In this document: piece by piece, positions 9,360 through 19,486 of the stretch
Layout: each line of letters starts with the position of its first letter
Position numbering within the stretch: position 1 is the stretch's first letter
Source: an uncultured Clostridium sp.
GTDB lineage: Bacteria > Bacillota > Clostridia > Christensenellales > CAG-138
Assembly (NCBI GenBank): GCA_964600045.1
Contig: CAZRHS010000001.1
Coordinates: 11,046 to 75,045 of the forward strand
Reading direction: 5' to 3'
DNA length: 64,000 bases
The notes under the pieces: generated by a model
Told to the model about the DNA's origin: nothing
Databases searched by the model: none
The model's input: the letters and a program-made list of their open reading frames with translations, nothing else
Made by a program: the position numbers and the translations under genes

Positions 9360-10643
9360 TTAAAACACTCGTTTGGCGTAAAGGAAGTTCCTGTCGCTCC
9401 AACTTCCCCACGACGTTATGCATACGCAGCCGGCACTCGCGGAGGCGTGAATAAGCTTGTTTCCGCCAAGCCATATTGCAACGTGCGTTATGCGCGTGTC
9501 CGATCCTTCGGATTTATAGAAAAGCAAATCGCCGGTCTGCAGGTTTTCCTTGCCGTATATGGTGGGCCAGGAGTCTATCTGCCCCATGCCCGCGGAGTTA
9601 TAATACCTGCTCATTTTGCCCAAAGCTTTAAGACAATAGTACACAAAGCCGGAGCAATCGAACTTGTCCGGTCCCTTGCCGCCAAGCACGTATTTAATGC
9701 CTATCTGCTCCTTGGCAAGCGCTATAAAGTCCGAAACATCCCCGCCCGGTATGGAGGGCGCATTTGTGGGAGTTGTGGTCTTCTGCGGCTCTGCCGTTTG
9801 CGAAGAGGATGATGAGCCGCTTGTAGCCTTTGGCGTGGCCGTGGGCTTAGGCGTTGCTGTGGGCTTGGGCGTTTTTGTGGGCGTAGGCGTGGGGGTAGGG
9901 TCTATAAGCGGCTTTGCCTTGGGTGAATACAGGAGCGAAAGCGTGGTATAGTCGGCCTCGCCCGTAATATCAAGGCTGTTCTTTTTCTGGAATGCGGCTG
10001 TTGCCCTGCTTGTGGCCGTGCCGAAATAGCCGTTTAGCTTGCTGTCGTAATAGCCAAGCTCCTTAAGCTCGTTTTGCAGGGTAAGCACGTCCTCGCCGGA
10101 GCAGCCCTCGTTCAGAATGTAGCTCTGCGCCGCGTCGCTGAAAAGTATCTGCTGCGTCTGCTCGTCCGCGTCGCCGGTTTCCTTCAGGTGGTGCGCCCGC
10201 TGAAAGCTCATAACGGCGTCCCTTGTAACGGGGCCGTAGTAGTCGGTCGTTTCGTCGCTTTCCATGTAGTAAAGGTCCATAAGCCGCTGCTGCAGAGCCT
10301 TAACGCTTTCGTCAGTGGTTTCGTAGGTCAAGGGAGTATACTCTGTGACCGTTTCGGCGGTTTCTTCAAGCGCGGATTCGGTGCTCTCGGGCTCCTCGGT
10401 TACGGCGGGTTCATTTGCCTGCGGCTGAATATCGCCCACTATGGGCGTAGGCTCCGCCGTTTTTGCCGGGGCCTCAACCTGCACGCTGTCCGCCCGCGCC
10501 TCGTAAGCGCCGAGCGCCAAGGGTATAACAATGAACGCGGTCAGAAAAGTGCCGCCCACGGTGAGCAGGGGCAGCCTGATCCGCTTGAAAAACATCTTTA
10601 TGCGGGCGCTTCTTTCGCGCCGTTTCTGCCATTTCTTTTCCAT
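9360..10643 (-). CDS. Secreted/membrane-anchored cell-wall hydrolase: 2x peptidoglycan-binding repeats + PT-rich linker + NlpC/P60 domain
   Basis: 427 aa. N-terminal TM/signal anchor, PG_binding_1-like repeats (..VKALQQRLMDLYYM.., ..VLTLQNELKELGYY..), a TPTPTPTKTPKPTATPKPTATPKAT linker, and a C-terminal NlpC/P60 catalytic Cys context FDCSGFVYYC with a downstream His. Confidence 0.85.
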   Translation of the reverse strand: MEKKWQKRRERSARIKMFFKRIRLPLLTVGGTFLTAFIVIPLALGAYEARADSVQVEAPAKTAEPTPIVGDIQPQANEPAVTEEPESTESALEETAETVTEYTPLTYETTDESVKALQQRLMDLYYMESDETTDYYGPVTRDAVMSFQRAHHLKETGDADEQTQQILFSDAAQSYILNEGCSGEDVLTLQNELKELGYYDSKLNGYFGTATSRATAAFQKKNSLDITGEADYTTLSLLYSPKAKPLIDPTPTPTPTKTPKPTATPKPTATPKATSGSSSSSQTAEPQKTTTPTNAPSIPGGDVSDFIALAKEQIGIKYVLGGKGPDKFDCSGFVYYCLKALGKMSRYYNSAGMGQIDSWPTIYGKENLQTGDLLFYKSEGSDTRITHVAIWLGGNKLIHASASAGCVCITSWGSWSDRNFLYAKRVF

Positions 10644-10777
10644 GGTTAAATTATAACTTTTATATCGCCGTTTGTCGAGAAGCTACATGCTTTGTTAACA
10701 ATTTTGCTTTCTCGCCCGTTGCTATGGCGGGGAAAAACGCTTATACTTATTATTACATAATCGGGGAGGTATTGCCC

Positions 10778-11794
10778 ATGCAACACGAGATAGTTAAAAG
10801 CGCGCCGCTGCTTGATAAAAACGGCTGCGTTGCGGAGCCGGGCTGGGCGCGGGGGCTTATAAGCCGGTATTCGCGCGCGGACATAAAGGCGAGCCCTATC
10901 CGCATAAAGGAATGGGACTACTATCTTATTTCAAATAACAGCTTCGCCCTTGCGCTCACCGTGGCGGACAATGGCTATATGGGGCTTATTTCGGCGAGCG
11001 TGCTTGAATTTGAAAAGCCGTGGGAAAAGACAACCTCTATAATAACCCCGTTCCCCATGGGCAAATATAAGCTGCCGGAAACTTCTGCCAAGGGTGAAAC
11101 CGCCTACTCGGACAGCCGCGTGAACATGCGCTTTACGGCCGGGAATGGCACAAGACGCATAGAATGCGTATTCCATAAATTCCTGAATGATGAAACACTT
11201 GAAGCGGAGCTTACGCTAACTGATGAACCCAAGGAAAGCATGGTAATAGCAACTCCCTTTGAAAAGCCGAAGGCATTTTATTATAACCAGAAGATAAACT
11301 GCATGCGCGCTAATGGCTATATGCGCTTAGGCAAGCGGGTTTACGACTTTGGAACAAAGGATAGCTACGCAACCCTCGACTGGGGCAGGGGCGTTTGGAC
11401 ATACGATAACACGTGGTACTGGGGCAACGGCAACGGCACCGTGAACGGCCACAGGGTGGGCTTTAATATAGGCTATGGCTTTGGCGACACATCGGCCGCT
11501 ACGGAGAACGTTATAATATACGATGGAATTGTGCACAAGCTTTCAAACGTAAGCTTTAATATACCCGCGGACAGCTTTATGAAGCCCTGGACATTTTCAA
11601 GCGACGACGGGCGCTTTGAAATGGACTTTGTGCCGGTGATAGACCGCGCGGCGCGCACGAGCGCCCTTATAATAGAAAGCGATCAGCATCAGGTTTTCGG
11701 CCGCTTTACGGGCAAAATGATACTTGACGGCGGGGAAACGATTGAGCTTAATAACTTTATGGGATTCGCGGAAAAGGTCCGCAACCGCTATTGA
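10778..11794 (+). CDS. DUF2804 domain-containing protein
   Basis: The track ORF begins at 10724. I prefer ATG 10778 (MQHEIVKS..), which is preceded by GGGGAGG at 10763-10769. IRIKEWDYYLI and the following beta-rich sequence match the recalled DUF2804 family. Confidence 0.65.
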   Translation: MQHEIVKSAPLLDKNGCVAEPGWARGLISRYSRADIKASPIRIKEWDYYLISNNSFALALTVADNGYMGLISASVLEFEKPWEKTTSIITPFPMGKYKLPETSAKGETAYSDSRVNMRFTAGNGTRRIECVFHKFLNDETLEAELTLTDEPKESMVIATPFEKPKAFYYNQKINCMRANGYMRLGKRVYDFGTKDSYATLDWGRGVWTYDNTWYWGNGNGTVNGHRVGFNIGYGFGDTSAATENVIIYDGIVHKLSNVSFNIPADSFMKPWTFSSDDGRFEMDFVPVIDRAARTSALIIESDQHQVFGRFTGKMILDGGETIELNNFMGFAEKVRNRY

Positions 11795-11795
11795 T

Positions 11796-12293
11796 ATGCA
11801 AAAGGAAATTTCGGCCTGCTTCACGGGCTACAGACCGCAGAAGCTGCCCTGGGGATTTAACGAGGCGGACAAGGGATGCCTTATACTTAAAGGGGAGCTT
11901 AGAAAAATTATAAAATGCGCCTACGATACCGGCTATACTCACTTTATATCCGGCGGGGCGATGGGCGTTGACCTTTATGCCGCGGAGGAGGTTATAAGGC
12001 TTAAGCGGTCAGCAAATGATGTAACGCTTGAGCTTGCTATGCCGTTCCCAACGCTTAACCCGGCCATGCCCGGCGACATAAAGGAAAGATACGAGGGAAT
12101 TTTGCTTAAAGCGGACAAGGTTACCGTTTGCTCGGAGCATTACAGCCCCGCGTCATATATGAAAAGAAACGCGTACATGGTTGATTCAAGCTCGCTTGTT
12201 ATAGCCGTGTACGACGGGCAGAACGGCGGAACGAAAAACACCGTTGATTACGCCCGCAAAAAGGGAAAAACCGTTTGGCTGGTGCATCCGTAA
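11796..12293 (+). CDS. SLOG-family DUF1273 protein (YpsA-like)
   Basis: The track ORF begins at 11724, inside the previous gene. ATG 11796 lies 1 nt after the DUF2804 stop. FTGYRPQKLP, FISGGAMGVDLYAAE and GGTKNTVDYARKKG are colinear with B. subtilis YpsA as recalled. Confidence 0.7.
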   Translation: MQKEISACFTGYRPQKLPWGFNEADKGCLILKGELRKIIKCAYDTGYTHFISGGAMGVDLYAAEEVIRLKRSANDVTLELAMPFPTLNPAMPGDIKERYEGILLKADKVTVCSEHYSPASYMKRNAYMVDSSSLVIAVYDGQNGGTKNTVDYARKKGKTVWLVHP

Positions 12294-12323
12294 CCGGCGC
12301 GGCAATGGAGAGGACACGGCATT

Positions 12324-14246
12324 ATGCCTATAATATCTGCGCACGATCTTAAAAAAGAATTTGTTGAAAGGCTGCTTTTCGACGGCGTTTCGTTTGAAAT
12401 AGGCGAAAAGGACAGGGTTGGGCTGGTTGGCGTTAACGGCTGCGGCAAAACAACCCTTTTCCGCATACTGCTTGGGGAGGAAAGCTACGACTCGGGCGAG
12501 CTTTTCCGCGCCAAAAACGCGCGCATAATGAGCATGACCCAAACGATTGCGGATACGGAGCAAACGGTTTACGATGCTACGCTTGAAGCATTCAGGCCCC
12601 TTATGGACGCGGAGCAGGAGCTTAACGAAATATCGTCCCTTCTGGCCGATGCCAAAGAAGAAAAGCTTGATTCGCTAATAAAGCGGCAGCATACGTTAAG
12701 GGAGCAATACGAGTTTAACGGCGGCATGACATTCAGAAGCCGCACCCGCTCCGCGCTTATGGGGCTTGGCTTCACCGAGGAGGAGCTTACAAAACGGCTT
12801 AGCGACATGAGCGGCGGGCAGAGAAACAAGGCTCAGCTTGCCAAGGTCCTTCTTTCAGGCGCGCAGCTTCTGCTTCTTGACGAGCCGACAAACCATCTGG
12901 ACATGGATTCGATAGCGTGGCTTGAGGACTTTTTGAAGGCCTATCAGGGCGCGTTTATAGTAATATCTCACGACAGGTATTTTCTTGATGCCGTAACCCG
13001 CCGCACAATGGAGATTAAGAACACCCGCTTCTTTGTGAGCGAGGGCAACTATACCCGCCACCGTGAGCTTATGGCGGACGAGCAGGAGATGCTGCGCCGC
13101 CGCTACGTTAATACGCAAAAGGAAATCCGCCGCATAGAGGGCATTGTGGAGCAGCAGCGCCGCTGGGGTCAGGAGCACAACTTCATCACCGCCGCCAGCA
13201 AGCAGAAGCAGGCCGATAAGCTTAGGGCAACGCTTGTCGCGCCCGAGCGGAGCACGGACAGCATACATTTCCATTTTCATGCCGATGCTGTAAGCGGAAA
13301 CGACGTTGTTGTGGCAAAAGGCCTTGCGAAAAGCTATGACAAGAGCGTTTTCAAAAACGCGGACATGCTTATAAAAAAGGGAGAAAGGGTATTCCTGCTT
13401 GGGCCTAACGGCTGCGGCAAAACAACCCTTCTTAAAATACTTATGGGCAAGCTTAGGCCGGACGCGGGCAGCTTCTACCTGGGCGCGAACGTGCACCCGG
13501 GCTACTATGAGCAGAACGCGGAGAGCTTAACGGGCGAGGTTACCGCAATAGAGGAAATAAGAAACAGCTACCCACGCATGAGCGATACGGAGATACGCTG
13601 CGCGCTTGCGGCGTTCCTTTTCAGGGGGGACGACGTGTTTAAGCCCCTTGAAAAACTTTCCGGCGGAGAGGTGGCAAGGGTTAAGCTGCTTAAGCTTATG
13701 CTCAGCGGATCGAACCTGCTTCTTTTGGACGAGCCCACCAACCACCTTGATATAGACTCACGCGAGGCGCTTGAGGGCGCGCTTGAGGAATACGAGGGCA
13801 CAATGCTTATCGTAACGCACGACCGTTATTTGGTTGAGCGCCTTGCGGACAGGGTGCTTTGCATGACGGAAAACGGCATAGAAAGCTACATTGGCGGATA
13901 CGAGGACTACCTTGCCGCCAAGCAGGAGCGGGACGCGGCGGCCACGGCGCAGAAAACAAACCAGCGCTCCGCGGCGGGTGAGGATTACAGGGCGAAAAAG
14001 GAACTGCAAAGCGCCATAAACCGCGCAAGCGGTGAGCTGAAGCGCGCGGAGGACAGGGTTAACGCGGCGGAAGAGGAGCTTAGCACACTTGAAGAGAAGC
14101 TTGCCTCCCCCGAAATAGCCACGGATTATATTAAGGCGGCGGAGCTTAGCCGCACGATAGAGCAAAAGAAGGCCGCCCTTGACGAGCTCTACTCCCGCTG
14201 GGAGCAGGCGCAGGAAGCGCTTGAGGAGCTTGAGAAGAAGGGGTAA
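12324..14246 (+). CDS. ABC-F family ATPase (Uup-like, no transmembrane domain)
   Basis: 640 aa. Two cassettes: Walker A GVNGCGKTT / GPNGCGKTT, signatures LSGGQRNK / LSGGEVAR, and Walker B LLLLDEPTNHLD twice. There is an inter-domain linker and a C-terminal coiled-coil extension. Confidence 0.9.
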   Translation: MPIISAHDLKKEFVERLLFDGVSFEIGEKDRVGLVGVNGCGKTTLFRILLGEESYDSGELFRAKNARIMSMTQTIADTEQTVYDATLEAFRPLMDAEQELNEISSLLADAKEEKLDSLIKRQHTLREQYEFNGGMTFRSRTRSALMGLGFTEEELTKRLSDMSGGQRNKAQLAKVLLSGAQLLLLDEPTNHLDMDSIAWLEDFLKAYQGAFIVISHDRYFLDAVTRRTMEIKNTRFFVSEGNYTRHRELMADEQEMLRRRYVNTQKEIRRIEGIVEQQRRWGQEHNFITAASKQKQADKLRATLVAPERSTDSIHFHFHADAVSGNDVVVAKGLAKSYDKSVFKNADMLIKKGERVFLLGPNGCGKTTLLKILMGKLRPDAGSFYLGANVHPGYYEQNAESLTGEVTAIEEIRNSYPRMSDTEIRCALAAFLFRGDDVFKPLEKLSGGEVARVKLLKLMLSGSNLLLLDEPTNHLDIDSREALEGALEEYEGTMLIVTHDRYLVERLADRVLCMTENGIESYIGGYEDYLAAKQERDAAATAQKTNQRSAAGEDYRAKKELQSAINRASGELKRAEDRVNAAEEELSTLEEKLASPEIATDYIKAAELSRTIEQKKAALDELYSRWEQAQEALEELEKKG

Positions 14247-14270
14247 ATAATAACAGAAAGGGAGAGAAAT

Positions 14271-14552
14271 ATGAGCATAGACGCTATAAAGGCGGCGGTA
14301 ACGGAGCTTGCGCGCAGGTATCCGATAAGCAGAATAACTCTGTTCGGCTCAAGAGCCGGCGGAACGAACCGCGAGGACAGCGACGTGGATTTGATAATTG
14401 AGTTCACGGCGCCCGTAACGCTTATTACGCTTGCCGCGATAAAAAACGAGCTTGAGGAAGCTCTCTCACTTGATGTGGATGTTATACACGGTCCTATAAG
14501 GGACGGCGATATGATAGAAATAGGTAAAAGGGTGGTGCTGTATGCAGCGTAG
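14271..14552 (+). CDS. mntA: MntA-type nucleotidyltransferase antitoxin (type VII TA)
   Basis: 93 aa. Minimal nucleotidyltransferase motif LFGSRAGGTNREDSDVDLIIEF (GS..DxD). It overlaps the downstream HepT gene by 11 nt. Confidence 0.85.
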   Translation: MSIDAIKAAVTELARRYPISRITLFGSRAGGTNREDSDVDLIIEFTAPVTLITLAAIKNELEEALSLDVDVIHGPIRDGDMIEIGKRVVLYAA

Positions 14553-14877
14553 AGACAGAATTGTACTGCAAAAGGTTGTTGCGGAAATAAATGTGGGTAT
14601 TGAACTGCTTGGACAAAGCACGATGGAGGAATTTCTTTCTTCAGAAATGCAAAAGCGCGCTCTCGGAATGACCACCATAAACGTGGGGGAACTGGTAAAG
14701 AACGTTTCAAGCAAACTAAAAGAACAATATACTGAAATTCCATGGAAGGCTATAGCCGGAATGCGTGATATAACTGCGCATAAATATCAAACACTCCGCA
14801 TGGAGGATGTTTACAATACCGTTAAAATGGATTTTCCAGTGCTGAAAAGGCAAATTGAAAGCATCTTGAATGATTAA
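14542..14877 (+). CDS. hepT: HepT (DUF86/HEPN) RNase toxin
   Basis: 111 aa. HEPN R-x4-H-x-Y motif in AGMRDITAHKYQTL. The gene is paired with and overlaps mntA. It looks visibly AT-richer than its flanks. Confidence 0.85.
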   Translation: MQRRDRIVLQKVVAEINVGIELLGQSTMEEFLSSEMQKRALGMTTINVGELVKNVSSKLKEQYTEIPWKAIAGMRDITAHKYQTLRMEDVYNTVKMDFPVLKRQIESILND

Positions 14878-14888
14878 CCATACTATCA

Positions 14889-14927
14889 AAAATCTGCGTT
14901 CCCTGCGGCTCGGGGACGCAGATTTTC
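14889..14927 (+). terminator. Rho-independent terminator after hepT
   Basis: Stem AAATCTGCGTTCCC / GGGGACGCAGATTT followed by TTTCT. Confidence 0.6.
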
Positions 14928-14945
14928 TATAATTCGTCAATTCGT

Positions 14946-14990
14946 CAAAACAAAAAACTCGGGAGCTTCCGCAAAGGGAAACTCCCGAGA
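14946..14990 (-). terminator. Rho-independent terminator after leuS
   Basis: On the minus strand, stem CTCGGGAG..CTCCCGAG (14958-14965 / 14982-14989) is followed by TTTTTTGTTTTG. Confidence 0.65.
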
Positions 14991-15005
14991 ATGCTTTGGT
15001 GAGGC

Positions 15006-17417
15006 TTAGCCCACCACTATGTTTACTATGTTCTTAACGGCTATAACCTTGCGCACGGTCTTGCCCTCTATAAAGGGCTTCACGTCCTCGCTCTCAAGCG
15101 CAAGCTTTTCGGTTTCCTCCTTGGCGGCGTTCGCGGGCACGTTTATGCGGGCGCGAACCTTGCCGTTTACCTGCACTGCTATCTCAACCGTGTCCGCCAC
15201 AAGCGCGCTTTCGTCATATTCGGGCCAGTGCGCCTCGTAAAGCGGGGTGCCCAGCTTGGCGGCTTCGTTTATCTCCTCAGAGATGTGCGGCGCGAAGGGG
15301 GAGAGCAGTATAAGCAGCGTCCTCAGCTCTTCCTTGGTTATGCTGCCGGTTGCGTAAACGTCGTTTACAAAGCTCATTATGGCGGCTATGGCCGTGTTGA
15401 ACTTCATGCGCTCTATGTCCTCGCCAACCTTCTTTATGGTGGCGTGGTAGCTTGCCTTTACGCTGTCGCGAATGCCGGTTTCGTCGCTTATCATGTCCTG
15501 CAGGCGCCATACGCGCTCAAGGAACTTGCGGCAGCCCTTAACGCCCTGAGTGTTCCAGGGTATGGGCTGATCAAACGCGCCCATGAACATTATGTACATA
15601 CGGAAGGCATCCGCACCGTATTCCTTAATATAGTCGTCCGGGTTAACAACGTTTCCGCGGGACTTGCTCATCTTTTCGCCGTTCTCGCCCAGAACCATGC
15701 CGTGGCTTGTGCGCTTCATGTAAGGCTCTGCCGTGGGCACAACGCCTATATCATAAAGGAACTTGTGCCAGAAGCGGGAATAGAGCAGGTGCAGCGTGGT
15801 GTGCTCCATGCCGCCGTTGTACCAGTCAACGGGCAGCCAGTATTTAAGCGCCTCGGGGGAGGCAAGCGCCTTGTCGTTGTGGGGATCGGTATAGCGCAGG
15901 AAGTACCAGCTTGAACCGGCCCAGTTGGGCATGGTGTCCGCCTCGCGCATGGCAGGGCCGCCGCAGTGCGGGCAGGTGGTGTGCAGCCAATCCTTGGCGC
16001 GGGCAAGGCAGGAACTGCCGTCGTCCGTGGGGGTAAAGTTATCAAGCATGGGCAGCTCAAGCGGCAGCTCGCTTTCGGGCAGGGGAACCCAGCCGCACTT
16101 TTCGCACTTTACAAGGGGAATGGGCTCGCCCCAGTAACGCTGGCGGGCAAATACCCAGTCGCGCAGCTTGTAGTTTACCTTCCTGTGGCCTATGCCTTCC
16201 TTTTCAAGGTAGTCGGCAATGGCCTTCTTGGCCTCGCTAACCTCCATGCCGTTAAGGAAGCCGGAGTTCACAAGGCGGCCGTGTTCGCACTCGGTATAAG
16301 CTTCTTTTGTAATATCGCCGCCGGCAACAACCTCTACTATGGGCAGGTTGAACGTTTTGGCGAATTCATAGTCCCTGGTGTCGTGCGCGGGAACGGCCAT
16401 TATGGCGCCCGTGCCGTAGCTCATAAGCACATAGTCGGAAACCCAGATGGGTATTTCCTTCTTTGTAACGGGGTTTATGGCGCTTACGCCTTCAAGCACA
16501 ACGCCGGTTTTTTCTTTGTTAAGCTCGCCGCGCTCAAAGTCGCTCTTGTGGGCGGCCTCGTCGCGGTATTTGGCAACGGCGTCCCAGTTCTTTATGCGGT
16601 CCTTATATTTGTCTATGTAAGGATGCTCGGGGCTTATTACCATGTACGTCGCGCCAAAGAGCGTATCCGGGCGGGTGGTGTAAACGGTAAGCTTGTCGTC
16701 CGTGCCGGCTATGTCAAAATTGACCTCCGCGCCCTCGCTCCTGCCTATCCAGTTGCGCTGCTGAATCTTTACGCGGTCTATGTAGTCAACCTTATCAAGG
16801 TCGTCTATAAGCTTCTGGGCATAGTCGGTTATCTTAAGCATCCACTGGCTGCGCACCATCTGCACAACCTGGCCGCCGCAGCGCTCGCAAACGCCGTCCA
16901 CAACCTCTTCATTGGCAAGGCCAACCTTGCAGGAGGTGCAGAAGTTTATGGGTATTTCCGCCTTGTAGGCAAGGCCGTGCTCATAAAGCTTAAGGAATAT
17001 CCACTGGGTCCACTTGTAGTACTCCGGATCCGCCGTGCTTATCTCCCTTGACCAGTCAAAGGAGTAGCCCAGCCTTTTAAGCTGCGCGCGGAAGCGGGCA
17101 ATGTTCGTTTCGGTAACCTTGGTGGGGTGAATGCCGGTTTTTATGGCGTAGTTCTCCGTGGGCAGGCCAAACGCGTCGTACCCAATCGGGAACAGCACAT
17201 TGTAGCCCTCCAGGCGCCTTTTGCGGCAGATAATATCCATGGCGGTAAACGGACGGGGATGGCCCACGTGCAGACCCTGCCCGGAGGGGTAGGGGAATTC
17301 GATAAGCCCGTAAAACTTGGGCTTGGTGTAGTCCGTGCTGGCCTCGTTGCAATGCGCCTCTTCCCAGCGCTTTTGCCATTTCAGCTCAATAGGATCGTGT
17401 TCATAGCGCTCTGACAT
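15006..17417 (-). CDS. leuS: Leucyl-tRNA synthetase
   Basis: 803 aa. Class I HIGH-type motif GLHVGHPR and a KMSKS motif (EKMSKSRGN), with full-length LeuRS colinearity including the CP1 editing region. Confidence 0.97.
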   Translation of the reverse strand: MSERYEHDPIELKWQKRWEEAHCNEASTDYTKPKFYGLIEFPYPSGQGLHVGHPRPFTAMDIICRKRRLEGYNVLFPIGYDAFGLPTENYAIKTGIHPTKVTETNIARFRAQLKRLGYSFDWSREISTADPEYYKWTQWIFLKLYEHGLAYKAEIPINFCTSCKVGLANEEVVDGVCERCGGQVVQMVRSQWMLKITDYAQKLIDDLDKVDYIDRVKIQQRNWIGRSEGAEVNFDIAGTDDKLTVYTTRPDTLFGATYMVISPEHPYIDKYKDRIKNWDAVAKYRDEAAHKSDFERGELNKEKTGVVLEGVSAINPVTKKEIPIWVSDYVLMSYGTGAIMAVPAHDTRDYEFAKTFNLPIVEVVAGGDITKEAYTECEHGRLVNSGFLNGMEVSEAKKAIADYLEKEGIGHRKVNYKLRDWVFARQRYWGEPIPLVKCEKCGWVPLPESELPLELPMLDNFTPTDDGSSCLARAKDWLHTTCPHCGGPAMREADTMPNWAGSSWYFLRYTDPHNDKALASPEALKYWLPVDWYNGGMEHTTLHLLYSRFWHKFLYDIGVVPTAEPYMKRTSHGMVLGENGEKMSKSRGNVVNPDDYIKEYGADAFRMYIMFMGAFDQPIPWNTQGVKGCRKFLERVWRLQDMISDETGIRDSVKASYHATIKKVGEDIERMKFNTAIAAIMSFVNDVYATGSITKEELRTLLILLSPFAPHISEEINEAAKLGTPLYEAHWPEYDESALVADTVEIAVQVNGKVRARINVPANAAKEETEKLALESEDVKPFIEGKTVRKVIAVKNIVNIVVG

Positions 17418-17681
17418 CAGCTTTTTATCCTTTCATGCTTTATATACTTCGGTATAAAAATAAAGCCGCCTCTTATCGCAAGAGACGGAACATTTTCCGC
17501 GGTACCACTCCGCTTGGCGGCATACACCGCCCGCTTTAGCCCCCTGTAACGCGAGGAACGCGCCGCGCATTGCCGCGGCAGACTCCGCGGCGAGCTTCAC
17601 CGCACCGCGGCTCCCCCCTTTCAGCATACGGGAGGCTCTCTTTGCCCGCGGGAAACGATTACTGTTCCGCTTCTCAGTCCA
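17418..17681 (-). promoter_or_regulatory. T-box riboswitch leader of leuS (specifier CUC, Leu)
   Basis: Minus-strand features: AGAGAG box; GGTGAAG-CUC-G with the CUC codon at 17594-17592; conserved T-box GGAGTGGTACCGCGG (17511-17497); terminator stem CCGTCTCTT-GCGA-TAAGAGGCGG (17488-17466) followed by CTTTATTTTT. Confidence 0.85.
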
Positions 17682-17687
17682 TAGCAC

Positions 17688-17716
17688 ATTCTATTGGAAA
17701 AAGTCCCGCTTGTCAA
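17688..17716 (-). promoter_or_regulatory. Putative sigma-A promoter of the leuS leader
   Basis: Minus strand: TTGACA (17716-17711), a 17-nt spacer, then TAGAAT (17693-17688). Confidence 0.5.
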
Positions 17717-17842
17717 TACTGACGGGGCTTTGAGCAAACATTTTTGCGCGGGCGTTATTGCGAATACAGCCTAAAATTTATATAATATGATGTAGTAAAT
17801 AAAGCTTTATGCTTAATTATATTTTCAGAAAGGAAAAATCAG

Positions 17843-19462
17843 ATGAAAACTGCACTTGTAAACGGCAAAATATACATTGAGCGCGGCGTGTTCAAAAGCG
17901 CGGTACTCAGCGAGGACGGCATTATAAAGGCCACCGGCACAGACGAGGAAATACTCGCCGCGGCTGGCAAGGACGCTAAGGTTATAGATTGCGAGGGGCG
18001 CACCGTTATCCCCGGCATTAACGATAGCCATATGCACCTGCTGCTCATAGGCTCCGGCCTTTATCAGGCGGATACCACGGGCGTAAAATCAATAGAGGAT
18101 CTTATCGAAAAAACCAAGGCTTTCGCCGAAAAGTATCCCGAAAGGTGCGTTGGCGGCATACACAGCATAGGCTGGAATCAGGACCTGTTTACCGAAGGCG
18201 AAAAGCGCATCCCCACAAGGCACGACCTTGACAAGATTTCAACCGAGGTTCCGGTTGTGCTTGAGCGTATATGCAGCCACGTTGTAAGCGCGAACACAAA
18301 GGCAATAGAAATGCGCGGTCTTGGCATCGGCTCAGCCCAGTTCTCCGGCGGCACTTTTGAGCTGGAGGAAGACGGCTATCCCAGCGGCGTATTCACCGAA
18401 AACGCTTGCGCGGAAATACTTAAGGTTATTCCGCCCTACACCGCCGAGCAGCGCGAGGATATGTTTATAAACGCCATGAACTACGCCGTTGAGCACGGCA
18501 TTACGAGCGTGCAGTCCAACGACGCCGGCTGCGCGGAGTCTATGGATCTGGTGTTCCCGCTTGTGCACCGCGTGTATGATTCGGGCAAGGCCAAGTTCAG
18601 GTACCATCATCAGGTTTGCTGCCACACCGTTGAAGAATACAAGGAATATCTTGCGGGCGAATATAAGCACGGCGATTATTCACACCCCTGGCTTACGCTT
18701 GGGCCCTTAAAGCTGTTCCGCGACGGCTCCCTTGGCGGCAGAACCGCTACCATGCGCCACGAGTATCTGGACGATCCCGGAAACTACGGCGTAGAAGCCA
18801 CGCATGACGAAGAGATGATGGAGCTTTGCCGCATGGCGGACGAAGTTGGCATGCAGGTTGTTACCCACGTTATAGGCGACAAGGCGATAGAGGATACCGT
18901 AAGGTGCTACGAATCCGTTCTGCACAACGGCAAGAACCCCCTGCGCCACGGCCTTGTGCATTGCCAGATAACCGATATGCCGCTGCTTGAGCGCATAGCC
19001 AAGGACGATATACTTACGCTTTATCAGCCCATATTCCTTGATTACGATATGCATGCCGTAATATCCCGCTGCGGCGAGCAGCTTTCCTCCACCTCATACG
19101 CCTTCGGCACCATGAACAGGCTTAACCACAAGGCCGTATCCTACGGCACGGACAGCCCGGTTGAGGACTGCAACCCCTTCCCGAACATATACTCCGCCGT
19201 TACCCGCAAGGACAAAAACGGCTACCCCGAGGGCGGCTTCTTCCCCAACGAGTGCGTTGATGTTTATGACGCGGTTGACGCTTATACCGAGGGCAGCGCT
19301 TATGCCCAGTTTATGGAAAACGAAAAGGGCCGCATAAAGCCCGGCTACATGGCGGATATGACCGTGCTTGACAAGGATATATTCACCTGCGACCCCATGG
19401 AGATTCGCTCCATCCTGCCCGTTATGACAATAGTGGGCGGCAAAGTGGTATACGAAAAATAA
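17843..19462 (+). CDS. Amidohydrolase family protein (YtcJ-like, Amidohydro_3)
   Basis: 539 aa. N-terminal metal motif GINDSHMHLL (HxH) and a long TIM-barrel amidohydrolase layout with a C-terminal ..MTIVGGKVVYE beta-sandwich. Confidence 0.8.
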   Translation: MKTALVNGKIYIERGVFKSAVLSEDGIIKATGTDEEILAAAGKDAKVIDCEGRTVIPGINDSHMHLLLIGSGLYQADTTGVKSIEDLIEKTKAFAEKYPERCVGGIHSIGWNQDLFTEGEKRIPTRHDLDKISTEVPVVLERICSHVVSANTKAIEMRGLGIGSAQFSGGTFELEEDGYPSGVFTENACAEILKVIPPYTAEQREDMFINAMNYAVEHGITSVQSNDAGCAESMDLVFPLVHRVYDSGKAKFRYHHQVCCHTVEEYKEYLAGEYKHGDYSHPWLTLGPLKLFRDGSLGGRTATMRHEYLDDPGNYGVEATHDEEMMELCRMADEVGMQVVTHVIGDKAIEDTVRCYESVLHNGKNPLRHGLVHCQITDMPLLERIAKDDILTLYQPIFLDYDMHAVISRCGEQLSSTSYAFGTMNRLNHKAVSYGTDSPVEDCNPFPNIYSAVTRKDKNGYPEGGFFPNECVDVYDAVDAYTEGSAYAQFMENEKGRIKPGYMADMTVLDKDIFTCDPMEIRSILPVMTIVGGKVVYEK

Positions 19463-19486
19463 AATATAAATAAGGAGGGCTTCAAT

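Noticed and set aside
9820-9905. A periodic GC-rich repeat (GGCGTGGGC/GGCGTTGCTGTGGGCTT-like units) could look like a tandem repeat or mini-array.
   Set aside because: It lies inside the NlpC/P60 ORF and encodes the PT-rich linker TPTPTPTKTPKPTATPKPTATPKAT on the minus strand. There is no spacer/repeat architecture.
12324-14246. The ABC-F ATPase was considered as a possible antibiotic-resistance (ARE) ribosome-protection factor.
   Set aside because: The C-terminal coiled-coil extension and overall layout look Uup-like, which is the housekeeping type. ARE status cannot be judged without phylogeny and linker comparison, so no resistance claim is made.
14931-14946. A tandem duplication AATTCGTC-AATTCGTC lies between the hepT and leuS terminators.
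   Set aside because: There are only two 8-nt units in a convergent intergenic spacer, with no further copies in the window. This is too short to interpret.
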